In this document: in pieces, positions 16,825-26,048 of the stretch
How positions within the stretch are numbered: position 1 is the stretch's first letter
Layout: each line of letters starts with the position of its first letter
Assembly (NCBI GenBank): GCA_963846575.1
Contig: CAWJWJ010000001.1
Coordinates: forward strand, 416,001 to 480,000
DNA: 64,000 nucleotides
Origin: an uncultured Nitrospiraceae bacterium
GTDB lineage: Bacteria > Nitrospirota > Nitrospiria > Nitrospirales > Nitrospiraceae
Direction: 5' to 3'
Position numbers and translations under genes: made by a program
The notes under the pieces: generated by a model
Told to the model about the DNA's origin: nothing
Database searches by the model: none
The model's input: the letters and a program-made list of their open reading frames with translations, nothing else

Positions 16825-18483
16825 TTAGAAGTTCATCCAGAGGGACATATAGGCCCAGTGCTGATTGACCTGCTGATTCAAGGTGCTGGTCAAGTAGCCG
16901 CCACTGAAAATCGTGCCATAGGTGGCCTGGAGCGCCACTTTGCCATCGGCAAACATTCTGGTGTAGGCCACGTCGATTTCGTCACCGATGTGCGTCTTGG
17001 TGTTGTTCGCGTTCGAGAACACGTAACAACCCTGTGCACCTCGATACCAGCAATCTTTGGAATTGGCCAAGTTCAGATTCGTGTACCACAATTCAATGTG
17101 GTCACGGGCACTGGGACGAGCCTGCAGGTTGACCGACGGTGACAGCATGTTCTTCCAGGCTTGCACATCCATGTAACCCATGTGGATGTGGTTCGTCGGG
17201 AAGAAGTTTTCGAACGTGTTGGCTGTCTTACAAGAGCCAGCCGCTGCGCCGGCACCGCAGACGTTGTTCCGGCTGTCGCCTGACGCATAGTCGAGGTTGA
17301 ACGCAATGCGCGTCTTCCAGGCCGTGTCATAAAACGTGTAGCCGATCCAATTCCTCGTCGCCCAGGCATTGATGTGCAAACACTTTTGCTCGCCTTGGCA
17401 AGCTCCGACCTGACCCATCTGACCAAACTGCCACGCGATTTCATTCGAGAAATCGAATCCGCCTTTGCGCATTTCCATCCGATTCCCGATCATATGACGG
17501 GTCTGGTTCGAGTGTTTTGCCGTACCGAGTCCCTGTCCAGCGTTGTCAGCCGAACCGAGATTGTTTTTATAGTACACGTAGAACGGTTCGATCACCATGC
17601 CTGGAATCATCTTGAACTGATTGTAGAAGATGAACATGTCGGCATCGCGGTTTGCATCACGGCCACTGGTCCCGGCGATGTTTGGCGCACCGCTCCCGAC
17701 TGGCGCCGCCTGAGGGATATCCGTTTCCGAATTCCGGAACCAGCCGAAGTAGCTGTCCCAGGTTTTGGTCTGGTAGGCGAACATCACACCATCATGGGAA
17801 TAGCCGGTGTTGGCCCAATCAAAGTGGCCGAACAAAGAGTGGTTTCCGAATACCACATACTGACGGCCGACCTTCATGCTCAACCCCTGGATGTCGGCCA
17901 GATTCCTGACCAACATGTAGGCCGCACGAACGCCCAACCGGCAAGCCCCGGTCGCGGTGCTGGAACAGTTGTGGTTCAACGGGTCGCCGCCGTTCCCTGC
18001 GTTGACGGCACTCCCGTTACCGCCCCAGGTCGCGCTGTCAATGATTTCCATGTAGAAATTGACGTCCGGTGAGAGATCGTACCCGATACCCAACCGTACC
18101 CACTGTTGCACATAGAAATCATTGCCCTTGTTGCCGTTGCCGGCTGCGGTGCCTCTCGTCCCAAAGGAGTTACACGTTCCGCCGGCCCCCTGGGCCATGC
18201 CGAAACAGGCATTGTTCCGCATCTCCGGGCGCACGCGAAGATCCGCACGCATCCAGAAATTCTTGATGTCAAAATTCCGGCCGATGACGGGATCGTAGCT
18301 TTCGTACGCTTCTTTCTGCGGCATGTTACGGGGAATGGCGGGAAGGTTCGTGATGCGTTCGCCCGGGGGGAGTTCGAATCCGGCAAAGGCCGGGACTGCG
18401 AGACACTGCAGAGCGGTCACCGCCGCAGCGCCCAAGATGGTAGCCAACCGGCCCCACCTGGTCCGTCCATGGATGCGTTTCAT
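16825..18483 (-). CDS. alginate-export (AlgE-like) family outer-membrane porin
   Basis: Signal peptide, DLRVRPE, VGRQYVVFGN, YASGD, FPTNH, IGDEIDV, C-terminal Phe; RBS CAGGAGG. Confidence 0.85.
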   Translation of the reverse strand: MKRIHGRTRWGRLATILGAAAVTALQCLAVPAFAGFELPPGERITNLPAIPRNMPQKEAYESYDPVIGRNFDIKNFWMRADLRVRPEMRNNACFGMAQGAGGTCNSFGTRGTAAGNGNKGNDFYVQQWVRLGIGYDLSPDVNFYMEIIDSATWGGNGSAVNAGNGGDPLNHNCSSTATGACRLGVRAAYMLVRNLADIQGLSMKVGRQYVVFGNHSLFGHFDWANTGYSHDGVMFAYQTKTWDSYFGWFRNSETDIPQAAPVGSGAPNIAGTSGRDANRDADMFIFYNQFKMIPGMVIEPFYVYYKNNLGSADNAGQGLGTAKHSNQTRHMIGNRMEMRKGGFDFSNEIAWQFGQMGQVGACQGEQKCLHINAWATRNWIGYTFYDTAWKTRIAFNLDYASGDSRNNVCGAGAAAGSCKTANTFENFFPTNHIHMGYMDVQAWKNMLSPSVNLQARPSARDHIELWYTNLNLANSKDCWYRGAQGCYVFSNANNTKTHIGDEIDVAYTRMFADGKVALQATYGTIFSGGYLTSTLNQQVNQHWAYMSLWMNF

Positions 18484-18738
18484 AGCGTTCCTCCTGTGAA
18501 TTGGATGGCAACCCTTTGTGTACCCACTCACTCCGGGTGCCGTCTGTACATCCAACCGCTATTGCACTGTGAGCCGTTGCTCCTGTGTGGACTTGAATCG
18601 GCCAGACCCGATGGTGCCCACCATCCGGCCTCGATTCATGCTCACTTCATTCCTGAAGCGAGTTCCCTACACAGTTAAGATTTGGTTGTGTTGCTGTGGT
18701 CACCTCCCTTCACAGCCGTAGAGCGGTGATGAATGGAC

Positions 18739-19038
18739 TTAAGCCTGCTTGGGCAGGCTCGACTCCTCGGCCCCATGCTCTACGCCTGACGTTGCGTGAT
18801 TGATTTCTTCTTCCGCTTCCTTCATAGACGATTCGAAGTCCTGTTCCACCATTTTCATTTCCTGCTGAATCATATTGAGCTCGGGCTCAACGGTCTTCTT
18901 CAGATCATCCGCCGTTTCCTTAAATCCCTTGACGGCCTTGCCGACCTGACGACCGATCTCCGGCAATTGCTTAGGCCCGAATAACAGGAAGGCAATCACC
19001 AGAATGATGAGTATTTCTCCAGCGCCAAGACCGAACAT
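18739..19038 (-). CDS. tatB: Tat translocase subunit, TatB-like
   Basis: GEILIILVIAFLLFGPKQLPEIGR plus extended amphipathic helix. Confidence 0.75.
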   Translation of the reverse strand: MFGLGAGEILIILVIAFLLFGPKQLPEIGRQVGKAVKGFKETADDLKKTVEPELNMIQQEMKMVEQDFESSMKEAEEEINHATSGVEHGAEESSLPKQA

Positions 19039-19130
19039 GGTGTTTCGTGCTGAGTCGGAATTCCTGAACCGAGCAAGACGCCCCTCAGGGCAGGCTGCCG
19101 GCTTTGAGTCCGTATCCTCAGTCCCGCAAG

Positions 19131-19418
19131 TTATCCCTGCGTATTCCGTGGCGGTGGAGCCTCATCGGCCGGCTGCTGGGCAGGCGGCGGTGTGGCTGAC
19201 TGTCCAGTTTGCGGGATCTGTGCCGAAGGCTGGGCCGCAGGCGGCTCCGCCTCGTTGGCTGTCACATCGATCGCATCCGCTTCATGGACAGATTTCTTGA
19301 ACCCCTTGATTGCTTTACCCAATCCTTCTCCGAGCTGAGGAATTTTTCCCGCCCCGAAGATGATCAATACAATGACGAGAATCAGCAGCAGCTCCATCCA
19401 GCCAAACGAACCAAACAT
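19131..19418 (-). CDS. tatA: Tat translocase subunit TatA
   Basis: [33 protein letters not shown]; disordered Pro-rich tail. Confidence 0.9.
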   Translation of the reverse strand: MFGSFGWMELLLILVIVLIIFGAGKIPQLGEGLGKAIKGFKKSVHEADAIDVTANEAEPPAAQPSAQIPQTGQSATPPPAQQPADEAPPPRNTQG

Positions 19419-19615
19419 GTTACTGTATGCTCCTTGTTACAGCTGTGCGATTAATCGCACGACGTACGTGCATGTACGTGCGATGGACAAACCAGCTTCT
19501 TGAAGTAGAAACATCTGAGATGACGGTGACCGAGGGACCGAGTCCTGATAGTCTCTCGTGATGCAGGGACAATAGATCGGTCTCCTTTGGCGAATCGGAT
19601 GGTAAATCGCGGGAA

Positions 19616-19644
19616 AGGCTATAGAATCGGCATTAATTAGTCAA
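19616..19644 (-). promoter_or_regulatory. sigma-70 promoter of tatA/tatB
   Basis: TTGACT-N17-TAGCCT on the minus strand. Confidence 0.5.
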
Positions 19645-19702
19645 GCTCTTTCTCCCGCTTACGTGACCCATGGAGGAGAAGTTAGACCCTTACGCTCACT
19701 TC

Positions 19703-21178
19703 CTACGGACGAAAGGAAAAGTGATAATATTCGACCGGGCTCGGTGGTGCTCCGAGAGCCATCAAGATCGCCTCCCGTTCATAGCCCAAGGTCTCCAAAC
19801 CTCCCTGCGCCTGGCTCAACTCTTCCTCCGTCACATACGCAATGGTATCGGGGATTCCGTTCGGCTTCAGCGACAACAATGTGCCCTGCGCCGATTCCCG
19901 TTCTTCTGCCGGCATCTCATGACGCAAGGGGAACTCGATTTTCCGCTGATAGGGACTCTCATAGGTGTCGTTCAGACTGCGGATTGTCTGCACCGTGAGC
20001 CGATCCAGTTCCCAGGGCTGAACTTTAGAATTGACCGTCGGATGACAAGCCAGCAAATCCATGAGGGTCATGACATTGGTTCCGAGCCGGCTCCCCACGA
20101 ACTCCCGTTGTGTCTCAATCGTAACGGCCCCGACACCCAGATGTTTTGCAACGGCCTGAATCAGAGCCAAATTCACCATAAAGCTGTACTGGCCGCCGAA
20201 TAAACCGTAACAAGGCTTATCGGGATCGTTGAGCACGTCCATGTCGGCGGTACCGGCGTCGAAGCTGCTGAAGCCCACGGCATCAGTCGCAAGCACTCGT
20301 TTCGCCTCCTTGATCGAGGCGCAGGCGCCTAGATTCACCGGCACCAAGACTTCTTCGTCGATAGCTTTCAGGAACTCAGTGATGGTCTTACGAAACGGAA
20401 TGTCCTTCCATTCGACCTTGTGATATTCGCGCTCCCAAATCAGATCGTCCAGAAAGGGCGGAAACTGCTTGAGTTGCTCGATGTCTTTCGCGTCGAAAGC
20501 CCGGACAAATCTTGACCAATCCGCGATGGCCGCGGCTTTGCGTTCATTGACGTTCGGGCGGAGAAATTCCTCTTCGTATTCTGCCCCCTTCTTGGCCAGA
20601 AGCTTGGTTGCCAGTTCATTCCAGAGTTCGTTGCAGAAAATTCGATCGATCGAGCCATCGGCAACCGTCGACAGGTTCTCCACCTCGGCACAGAGCGAGT
20701 CGATCTTTGCCAGGTGCGGCATGAGATCGGGATGCGTACGCGCCCGCTCCAACGCATGGGCCTGCGAATCGACAAACACGTAGCGAAGACGGGGATAGAC
20801 CAGGCCCGCTTTATCGAGATGCTGCAGATGGCTGAGGAAGCAGGCCGCCAGATTCCCGTTGCCGGGCCCCCATTCCATCACGGTCAGCGGGCTTGCGCCT
20901 TTGGACGGAGTCTCCGCCTGTGCGGCCGATGCCTCGCGTTTCGCGGCGGCTTTTTTTTCACGCTTGGTCACCTGCTCGTAATAGTCGGTCGCCAAGGCAT
21001 GCGCCAGCCGATAGTCCGCCGTGGTGAACGTCTGGTAAAAATTGCGCTGTTCCTCTCCCCGCAATTGATAGAACAAGACATTGATATGGGCCTGCCATTG
21101 ATCGACGGGCTTGTACTCCCCGATCGGTTGGGGCAGCGCGTCGGGATCTTCCACCTGCGTCATCATCCGTTGTTCCAT
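19703..21178 (-). CDS. SAM-dependent methyltransferase, MidA/NDUFAF7-like
   Basis: VMEWGPGNGNLA motif I and FCNELWNEL segment. Confidence 0.7.
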   Translation of the reverse strand: MEQRMMTQVEDPDALPQPIGEYKPVDQWQAHINVLFYQLRGEEQRNFYQTFTTADYRLAHALATDYYEQVTKREKKAAAKREASAAQAETPSKGASPLTVMEWGPGNGNLAACFLSHLQHLDKAGLVYPRLRYVFVDSQAHALERARTHPDLMPHLAKIDSLCAEVENLSTVADGSIDRIFCNELWNELATKLLAKKGAEYEEEFLRPNVNERKAAAIADWSRFVRAFDAKDIEQLKQFPPFLDDLIWEREYHKVEWKDIPFRKTITEFLKAIDEEVLVPVNLGACASIKEAKRVLATDAVGFSSFDAGTADMDVLNDPDKPCYGLFGGQYSFMVNLALIQAVAKHLGVGAVTIETQREFVGSRLGTNVMTLMDLLACHPTVNSKVQPWELDRLTVQTIRSLNDTYESPYQRKIEFPLRHEMPAEERESAQGTLLSLKPNGIPDTIAYVTEEELSQAQGGLETLGYEREAILMALGAPPSPVEYYHFSFRP

Positions 21179-21309
21179 TACATCCCCCTCTGAAAAGGGG
21201 GAAATTCTAACAGGAAGCAAATTTCACCCGCAACCTGACCATTCCACGCCATCCGCTACCAAGTGAGCTTTCTTGACAGAACTGCCGGGCGGAGTGTAGC
21301 AAGATAAGG

Positions 21310-21882
21310 ATGAGGCACTGGTGCGGGTTCATCGGTTCCATCATCCTTTTCTGTTCCCTCGCCCTGGCAGAGGACCTTCCTCTGACCCACAACGTCCCGG
21401 TCCCTGAATTCCAGAATCGCAGTGAAATTCCCAAAGCCTATGATTTTGATGCGCCGCCACAAGGCATGTTTCGTAATATTGTCTTGGCGGAAGGTTTTGA
21501 CGAGGAGCTCGGCTTCCAGCGGACACACGAGATTGTTCCCGTCAAACCGACCGAACAGTTTTCCGCGGAAAACAAGGCAGTCTTCATCGTGTTCGAGTTC
21601 CATCAACATTACCAGTCTTTTCAGGTGTTCGGACGCTGTTATCCGGAGCAGGTGGAAGGACTGGATAACCAGATGGTGGTCGCCGAAGACGCGATGTATA
21701 TCGCACTTGAGGACCAAACCGGCTATCTGAAGCTCTTTCCTGGTCAGGGAAACTGGAAGCCCGGTCGATACAGAGTGGAGATCCACGCGGGCGAGCAGGT
21801 CAACGAAATGAGCCTGATGGGCACCATGCGCTTTACTATGTCCGCAGCCGTCAGCCGATCTGCGCCGGCTACTTCCCGTTAA
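21310..21882 (+). CDS. exported hypothetical protein (beta-rich)
   Basis: Signal peptide ending ALA; WKPGRYRVEI Ig-like strand. Confidence 0.7.
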   Translation: MRHWCGFIGSIILFCSLALAEDLPLTHNVPVPEFQNRSEIPKAYDFDAPPQGMFRNIVLAEGFDEELGFQRTHEIVPVKPTEQFSAENKAVFIVFEFHQHYQSFQVFGRCYPEQVEGLDNQMVVAEDAMYIALEDQTGYLKLFPGQGNWKPGRYRVEIHAGEQVNEMSLMGTMRFTMSAAVSRSAPATSR

Positions 21883-22082
21883 GCGCCTTCCGGTCGTTGC
21901 CCCGCTCGTCGCTCCATGAGCTTCGATGCCGCGCTTGGAGGAGCGGGGCAGCCGTTCCGCAATCCTTCCCGCGGAGAAAAATTCAATTCATATCTACCAG
22001 TTTGACCATCCATCGATTCCTTTTGTAGAATGTGCGCCGTGCACCACGACGAACCCCTGCGTGAAGGAACCGACCCCGCTCC

Positions 22083-22859
22083 ATGACTGTTGTGACCCGC
22101 CCATGGGCTTCCGTGGTCATCCCCATCAAGGATGAACGCGACAATCTGGTTCCCCTGACTGAGCAACTGGTGAAAGCTTTGGAAAGCCGGGATGAATCGC
22201 GATCGGCTCCATTTGAGTTATTATTCATCGACGATGGCAGCACCGACGGAAGTTCGGAGCTCTTGGACAGCCTGGCTGCCCAGCACTCCACAGTCAGAGT
22301 TTTTCACTTTGACCGTAATTATGGGCAGTCTGCGGCCTTCGATGCCGGCTTCAAACAGTCCACCGGTGAGTTGGTGATGACGATCGACGGCGACCTCCAA
22401 AACGATCCGGCGGATATCGCCACCTTGCTTCCATTGATCCGGACGTTCGACCTCGTGTGCGGTTGGCGCAAAGACCGCCACGATAACCTGACCCGCAAAA
22501 TTTCATCCCGCATTGCCAATTCCGTGCGAAGCGCGGTCACCGGCGATCGGGTGCACGATACCGGTTGTTCCCTGAAGCTATTTCGCCGCGCCGTCGTGGA
22601 GAAGTTGCAACTCTTCGAGGGCATGCACCGGTTCTTTCCCGCCCTCGCCCTGATGCACGGCTTCACCGTCACAGAGGTGCCGGTGCGCCACTATCCCCGC
22701 GCACATGGAACCTCGAAGTATGGCGTGGGCAACCGTCTATTTAAGGGCCTGTACGACCTGGTAGCCGTGCGATGGATGCAGCACCGATGCCTCCGTTATC
22801 AATACCGCCCGGTCAGGCCGACACCACCTCCATCGCCGTCCTCCGCCACAAGCCTATGA
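22083..22859 (+). CDS. GT2 polyprenyl-phosphate glycosyltransferase (ArnC/DPM-synthase-like)
   Basis: VVIPIKDE, IDDGSTDGS, RNYGQSAA, IDGDLQNDP, DTGCSLK, MHRF. Confidence 0.9.
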   Translation: MTVVTRPWASVVIPIKDERDNLVPLTEQLVKALESRDESRSAPFELLFIDDGSTDGSSELLDSLAAQHSTVRVFHFDRNYGQSAAFDAGFKQSTGELVMTIDGDLQNDPADIATLLPLIRTFDLVCGWRKDRHDNLTRKISSRIANSVRSAVTGDRVHDTGCSLKLFRRAVVEKLQLFEGMHRFFPALALMHGFTVTEVPVRHYPRAHGTSKYGVGNRLFKGLYDLVAVRWMQHRCLRYQYRPVRPTPPPSPSSATSL

Positions 22860-23155
22860 CAATCGATACACTCTGGCTGATCGTGGGATTCCTCGGGCAA
22901 GGCGTTTTTTTCATGCGTTGGGTCGTCCAATGGGTGGCCTCGGAGCGCCATGCGGAAAGTCGGGTTCCCACAGCATTCTGGTATATGAGTCTGATCGGTG
23001 GACTCATCACACTCGCCTATGCGATCTATCGGCGCGATCCCGTCTTCATTGCCGGGCAGAGCATCGGAGGTCTAGTCTATCTTCGCAACCTCATGTTGAT
23101 CCACCGTCCGAACCCAGCCGATCCCGGAACGGCTTCCCCGGCAACGAAGCCCTGA
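22856..23155 (+). CDS. lipid-A-disaccharide synthase N-terminal (LAB_N) domain membrane protein
   Basis: GFLGQGVFFMRWVVQWVASE...P.AFWYMSLIGG...DPVFIAGQ...YLRNL; ATGA overlap with the GT2 gene. Confidence 0.88.
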   Translation: MTIDTLWLIVGFLGQGVFFMRWVVQWVASERHAESRVPTAFWYMSLIGGLITLAYAIYRRDPVFIAGQSIGGLVYLRNLMLIHRPNPADPGTASPATKP

Positions 23156-24954
23156 TGGAGTCTCTCCTGAACGGACAGCCATCGCCTTCCCCTGCAGCGG
23201 CACAGACCGACCGCTCGATTCAACCACTCGCGCTCCTTCTGCTCCTCGCGATGGCGGCCGTCCTGTTCTTCGTCGGACTCGGCTCCACCGGACTGACCGA
23301 TCGGGACGAAGGACGCAACGCCGAAGCCGGCCGGGAAATGTATGAAACGGGCGACTACATCAGTCCCACGTTCAACTACGAACCACGCTTCGCCAAACCC
23401 GTTTTCGTCTATTGGCTGATGAGTCTCTCGTACCATCTGTTCGGGGTGAATGAATTCGCAGCGCGGTTCCCCTCAGCGATCTTCGGTCTCGGACTGATTC
23501 TGCTGCAATACCTCTTCTTGACCCGCTGTCGCGGTCCCGTGGTGGGCCTCTTCGGCGCCGCGATGTTATTGCTCAACCTCGAAATTATCGGACTGGGGCG
23601 CATGGCTCTGACCGATAGTGTCCTCATTTTCTTTACCACGGCATCGCTCTTCGGCTTCTGGCTGGGTTTGAACGGCAGGGGGCATGAACGCCACTATATG
23701 TGGCTCTTCTACATCGGCATGGCGCTCGGTACCCTCACGAAAGGGCCGATTGGTTTCCTGATTCCCATGCTGGCCGTGGGACTATATCTTTCGCTGACCA
23801 AGTCCTGGCCCCTCTACTGGCGCCAGGGTTTTCCCCTTTCAGGCCTGCTCCTGTTTCTCCTGCTGGCACTGCCCTGGTATCTCATAATGCTGAACATTCA
23901 CGGCCAGCGCTATACGACTTCGGCGCAAGGGGACACGGTCGGACGTTTTTTCGGCGCCATGGAAGGACACGGGGGCACGCTGCTCTTTTACCTTCCCGTG
24001 CTACTGATTGGATTTTTCCCCTGGAGCGGCTTATTACCCTTCGCGTGGTACCAGGCCTATCGGAGCTGGCGGAACGCGAACAAGACCGGCTCACTCTCTC
24101 CCGCCGGATCCTCGGGCCTCGACGACCGGTTTTCGCCTGCTGCGCTTGAATGGTTCGCCGCAATCTGGCTGCTTGGAGGATTGGTGTTTTTCAGCCTCTC
24201 CTCTACTCGCCTGCCGCATTACATCGGACCTTTGTTTCCTGCCGCGGCAATCTTAACGGCCTCCTACTGGAATCGCTGCCTCGCCGACCAGGCCGCTCCC
24301 ACCATACGTGCCGCCATCCATACGATGACGGCCGTGGGATTTATTTTGGCTCTCGTCTTTGCGTCGCTACCGCCCCTCTATGCACGCTTTGCCGGGAAAC
24401 TCATCAACGAATTCCCGCTGGCAGGTCAGGTGACATTGGGGCCTGGTCCCTATACCGTGGCCTCGATCTTCCTGGTCGGCATGGGCCTGGTTGCCTACTT
24501 CGGATTCAGCGAGTCGAAACGAGCGGGCGCATTCTGGGCCGCGGGGGGAACATTGGCCCTCGTAGTGCTTGCGGTCACCCAATTGACCTTCCCCTTGATC
24601 AATCACTTTGTCATCGAACCGCCGCAGCGCCTGGCGGATGTCGCCGGGGTTAATCTCGGTCCGAATGACCGCCTGATCCTCTACGGCCAACCCCGACCCT
24701 CGCTGGTCTTTTATGCCAAACGAAAGGCCATCGTCGTTCCCAAGAATGAAGAGGCGAACATTAAACCGTACCTGAGCCAGCCGGGTCGGACGATGATCCT
24801 GCTTCCGACGGCGATGAGGAATCGACTTCCGGTGGAAACGATAGACTATCCCGTGTTGCTCGAACGGTACGGGTATATCCTGCTGGCCAATCAATCGCTG
24901 ATTCACGTTCCGGAACAGGCGGAAAAGCCGCCCCTCCGCATTCCCGGACATTGA
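23155..24954 (+). CDS. ArnT/PMT-family polyprenyl-phosphate-sugar transferase
   Basis: DRDEGRNAEAGREM, RFAKP, AARFPSA, LTKGP, LPHYI; many TM helices; TGATG overlap. Confidence 0.9.
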   Translation: MESLLNGQPSPSPAAAQTDRSIQPLALLLLLAMAAVLFFVGLGSTGLTDRDEGRNAEAGREMYETGDYISPTFNYEPRFAKPVFVYWLMSLSYHLFGVNEFAARFPSAIFGLGLILLQYLFLTRCRGPVVGLFGAAMLLLNLEIIGLGRMALTDSVLIFFTTASLFGFWLGLNGRGHERHYMWLFYIGMALGTLTKGPIGFLIPMLAVGLYLSLTKSWPLYWRQGFPLSGLLLFLLLALPWYLIMLNIHGQRYTTSAQGDTVGRFFGAMEGHGGTLLFYLPVLLIGFFPWSGLLPFAWYQAYRSWRNANKTGSLSPAGSSGLDDRFSPAALEWFAAIWLLGGLVFFSLSSTRLPHYIGPLFPAAAILTASYWNRCLADQAAPTIRAAIHTMTAVGFILALVFASLPPLYARFAGKLINEFPLAGQVTLGPGPYTVASIFLVGMGLVAYFGFSESKRAGAFWAAGGTLALVVLAVTQLTFPLINHFVIEPPQRLADVAGVNLGPNDRLILYGQPRPSLVFYAKRKAIVVPKNEEANIKPYLSQPGRTMILLPTAMRNRLPVETIDYPVLLERYGYILLANQSLIHVPEQAEKPPLRIPGH

Positions 24955-24962
24955 AGCGATCG

Positions 24963-26048
24963 TTACTGAAGCGGCACGAGTCCTTTCAGCGCCTGAACCA
25001 GGACCAGTGCGATCGTAGCCCCTGCCGCATAGAGACTGTCATCGACCCAGGACTGCCGGACCTCCCGGGGTGCATCCGGAAAACCGCCGGCACCAGTCCA
25101 TCTCGCCATGCAGATCAGGCCGCTCAACCCGATGAGGACGGGTACGCCGGTGGCTACACCCAACCCGAGTTGCAGGAGACAGTCTGACATCATAGTTGTG
25201 GATGCGTCGGCGTTTCCTGTGGCAGCTCGATGCCGTCCCAATCGCAAGATCAGACCGCCGGCCACAAGCGCCACCCCCGACCCGAACAGGATGCCGTCCG
25301 TCATGACGTCGACAATGCGATGCGTCAGCACCCAGAGCAGGCCTGTGATGAGCAACGTGATCGGGGCAATCCGCAGGAGCGCCTGCGCGCAGGAGCGCCT
25401 CCACCATCGTAGCGGCCCATTGAAGACCGATCCAACTACATACCCCGTCACCATCCCCGCCACTACATCGCTGGGAAAATGAGACCCGCGCCAGATGCGG
25501 CTGGTGCCAACCCAGGCCACCATCATCAACGGAACCCATCGCCATCGAGGCATCGCGCGGGCAAGCACGGTCACCACCGCCACGCTGGCGGACGTATGAC
25601 CTGAGGGAAAGGAGTCCAGCCCGGAGTCCCACGATGGCCACCACTGCCATCCTCCGGAATGGGTGAGACGAGGTCGCGGGCGCCCAATGACGTGCTTCAT
25701 TCCGGTGACCACCAGCGCCACCACGCCATGGGCCAGCAAACTATCCAGGCCCAAATGCCTGAGCGAGGGTCGCTTCAGATAGAGACCGACTCCTAATACC
25801 AGCATACTGATCGCAACGAGGGTGCCGCCATTCCCAAGTTTCTCACCCACGTCGCCGAGAGTCTGAAGGGCTGAAAGATTATGCGAGCGGAGAAACCACA
25901 GGAGAGGGATATCGACCTGCAGGAGAGCCGCGAACGATCCGATCACTGCGAGCGCGGAAAGCAATACCGCCATGAACGGCGGGCGAGCCGGTGCTAAGAC
26001 GGGCTGCGTCACGACCGGCGCAGCCCGTCCGTCACCAGGTTCGGTCAT
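24963..26048 (-). CDS. PAP2-family lipid phosphatase (LpxE/LpxF-like) with C-terminal TM extension
   Basis: KHVIGRPRP, FPSGH, SRIWRGSHFPSDV. Confidence 0.85.
   Translation of the reverse strand: MTEPGDGRAAPVVTQPVLAPARPPFMAVLLSALAVIGSFAALLQVDIPLLWFLRSHNLSALQTLGDVGEKLGNGGTLVAISMLVLGVGLYLKRPSLRHLGLDSLLAHGVVALVVTGMKHVIGRPRPRLTHSGGWQWWPSWDSGLDSFPSGHTSASVAVVTVLARAMPRWRWVPLMMVAWVGTSRIWRGSHFPSDVVAGMVTGYVVGSVFNGPLRWWRRSCAQALLRIAPITLLITGLLWVLTHRIVDVMTDGILFGSGVALVAGGLILRLGRHRAATGNADASTTMMSDCLLQLGLGVATGVPVLIGLSGLICMARWTGAGGFPDAPREVRQSWVDDSLYAAGATIALVLVQALKGLVPLQ

Noticed and set aside
18484..18545. c-di-GMP-I riboswitch in the porin leader
   Set aside because: Only vague similarity; lacks the GGCAAAC...GAAA...GACGCAAAG core
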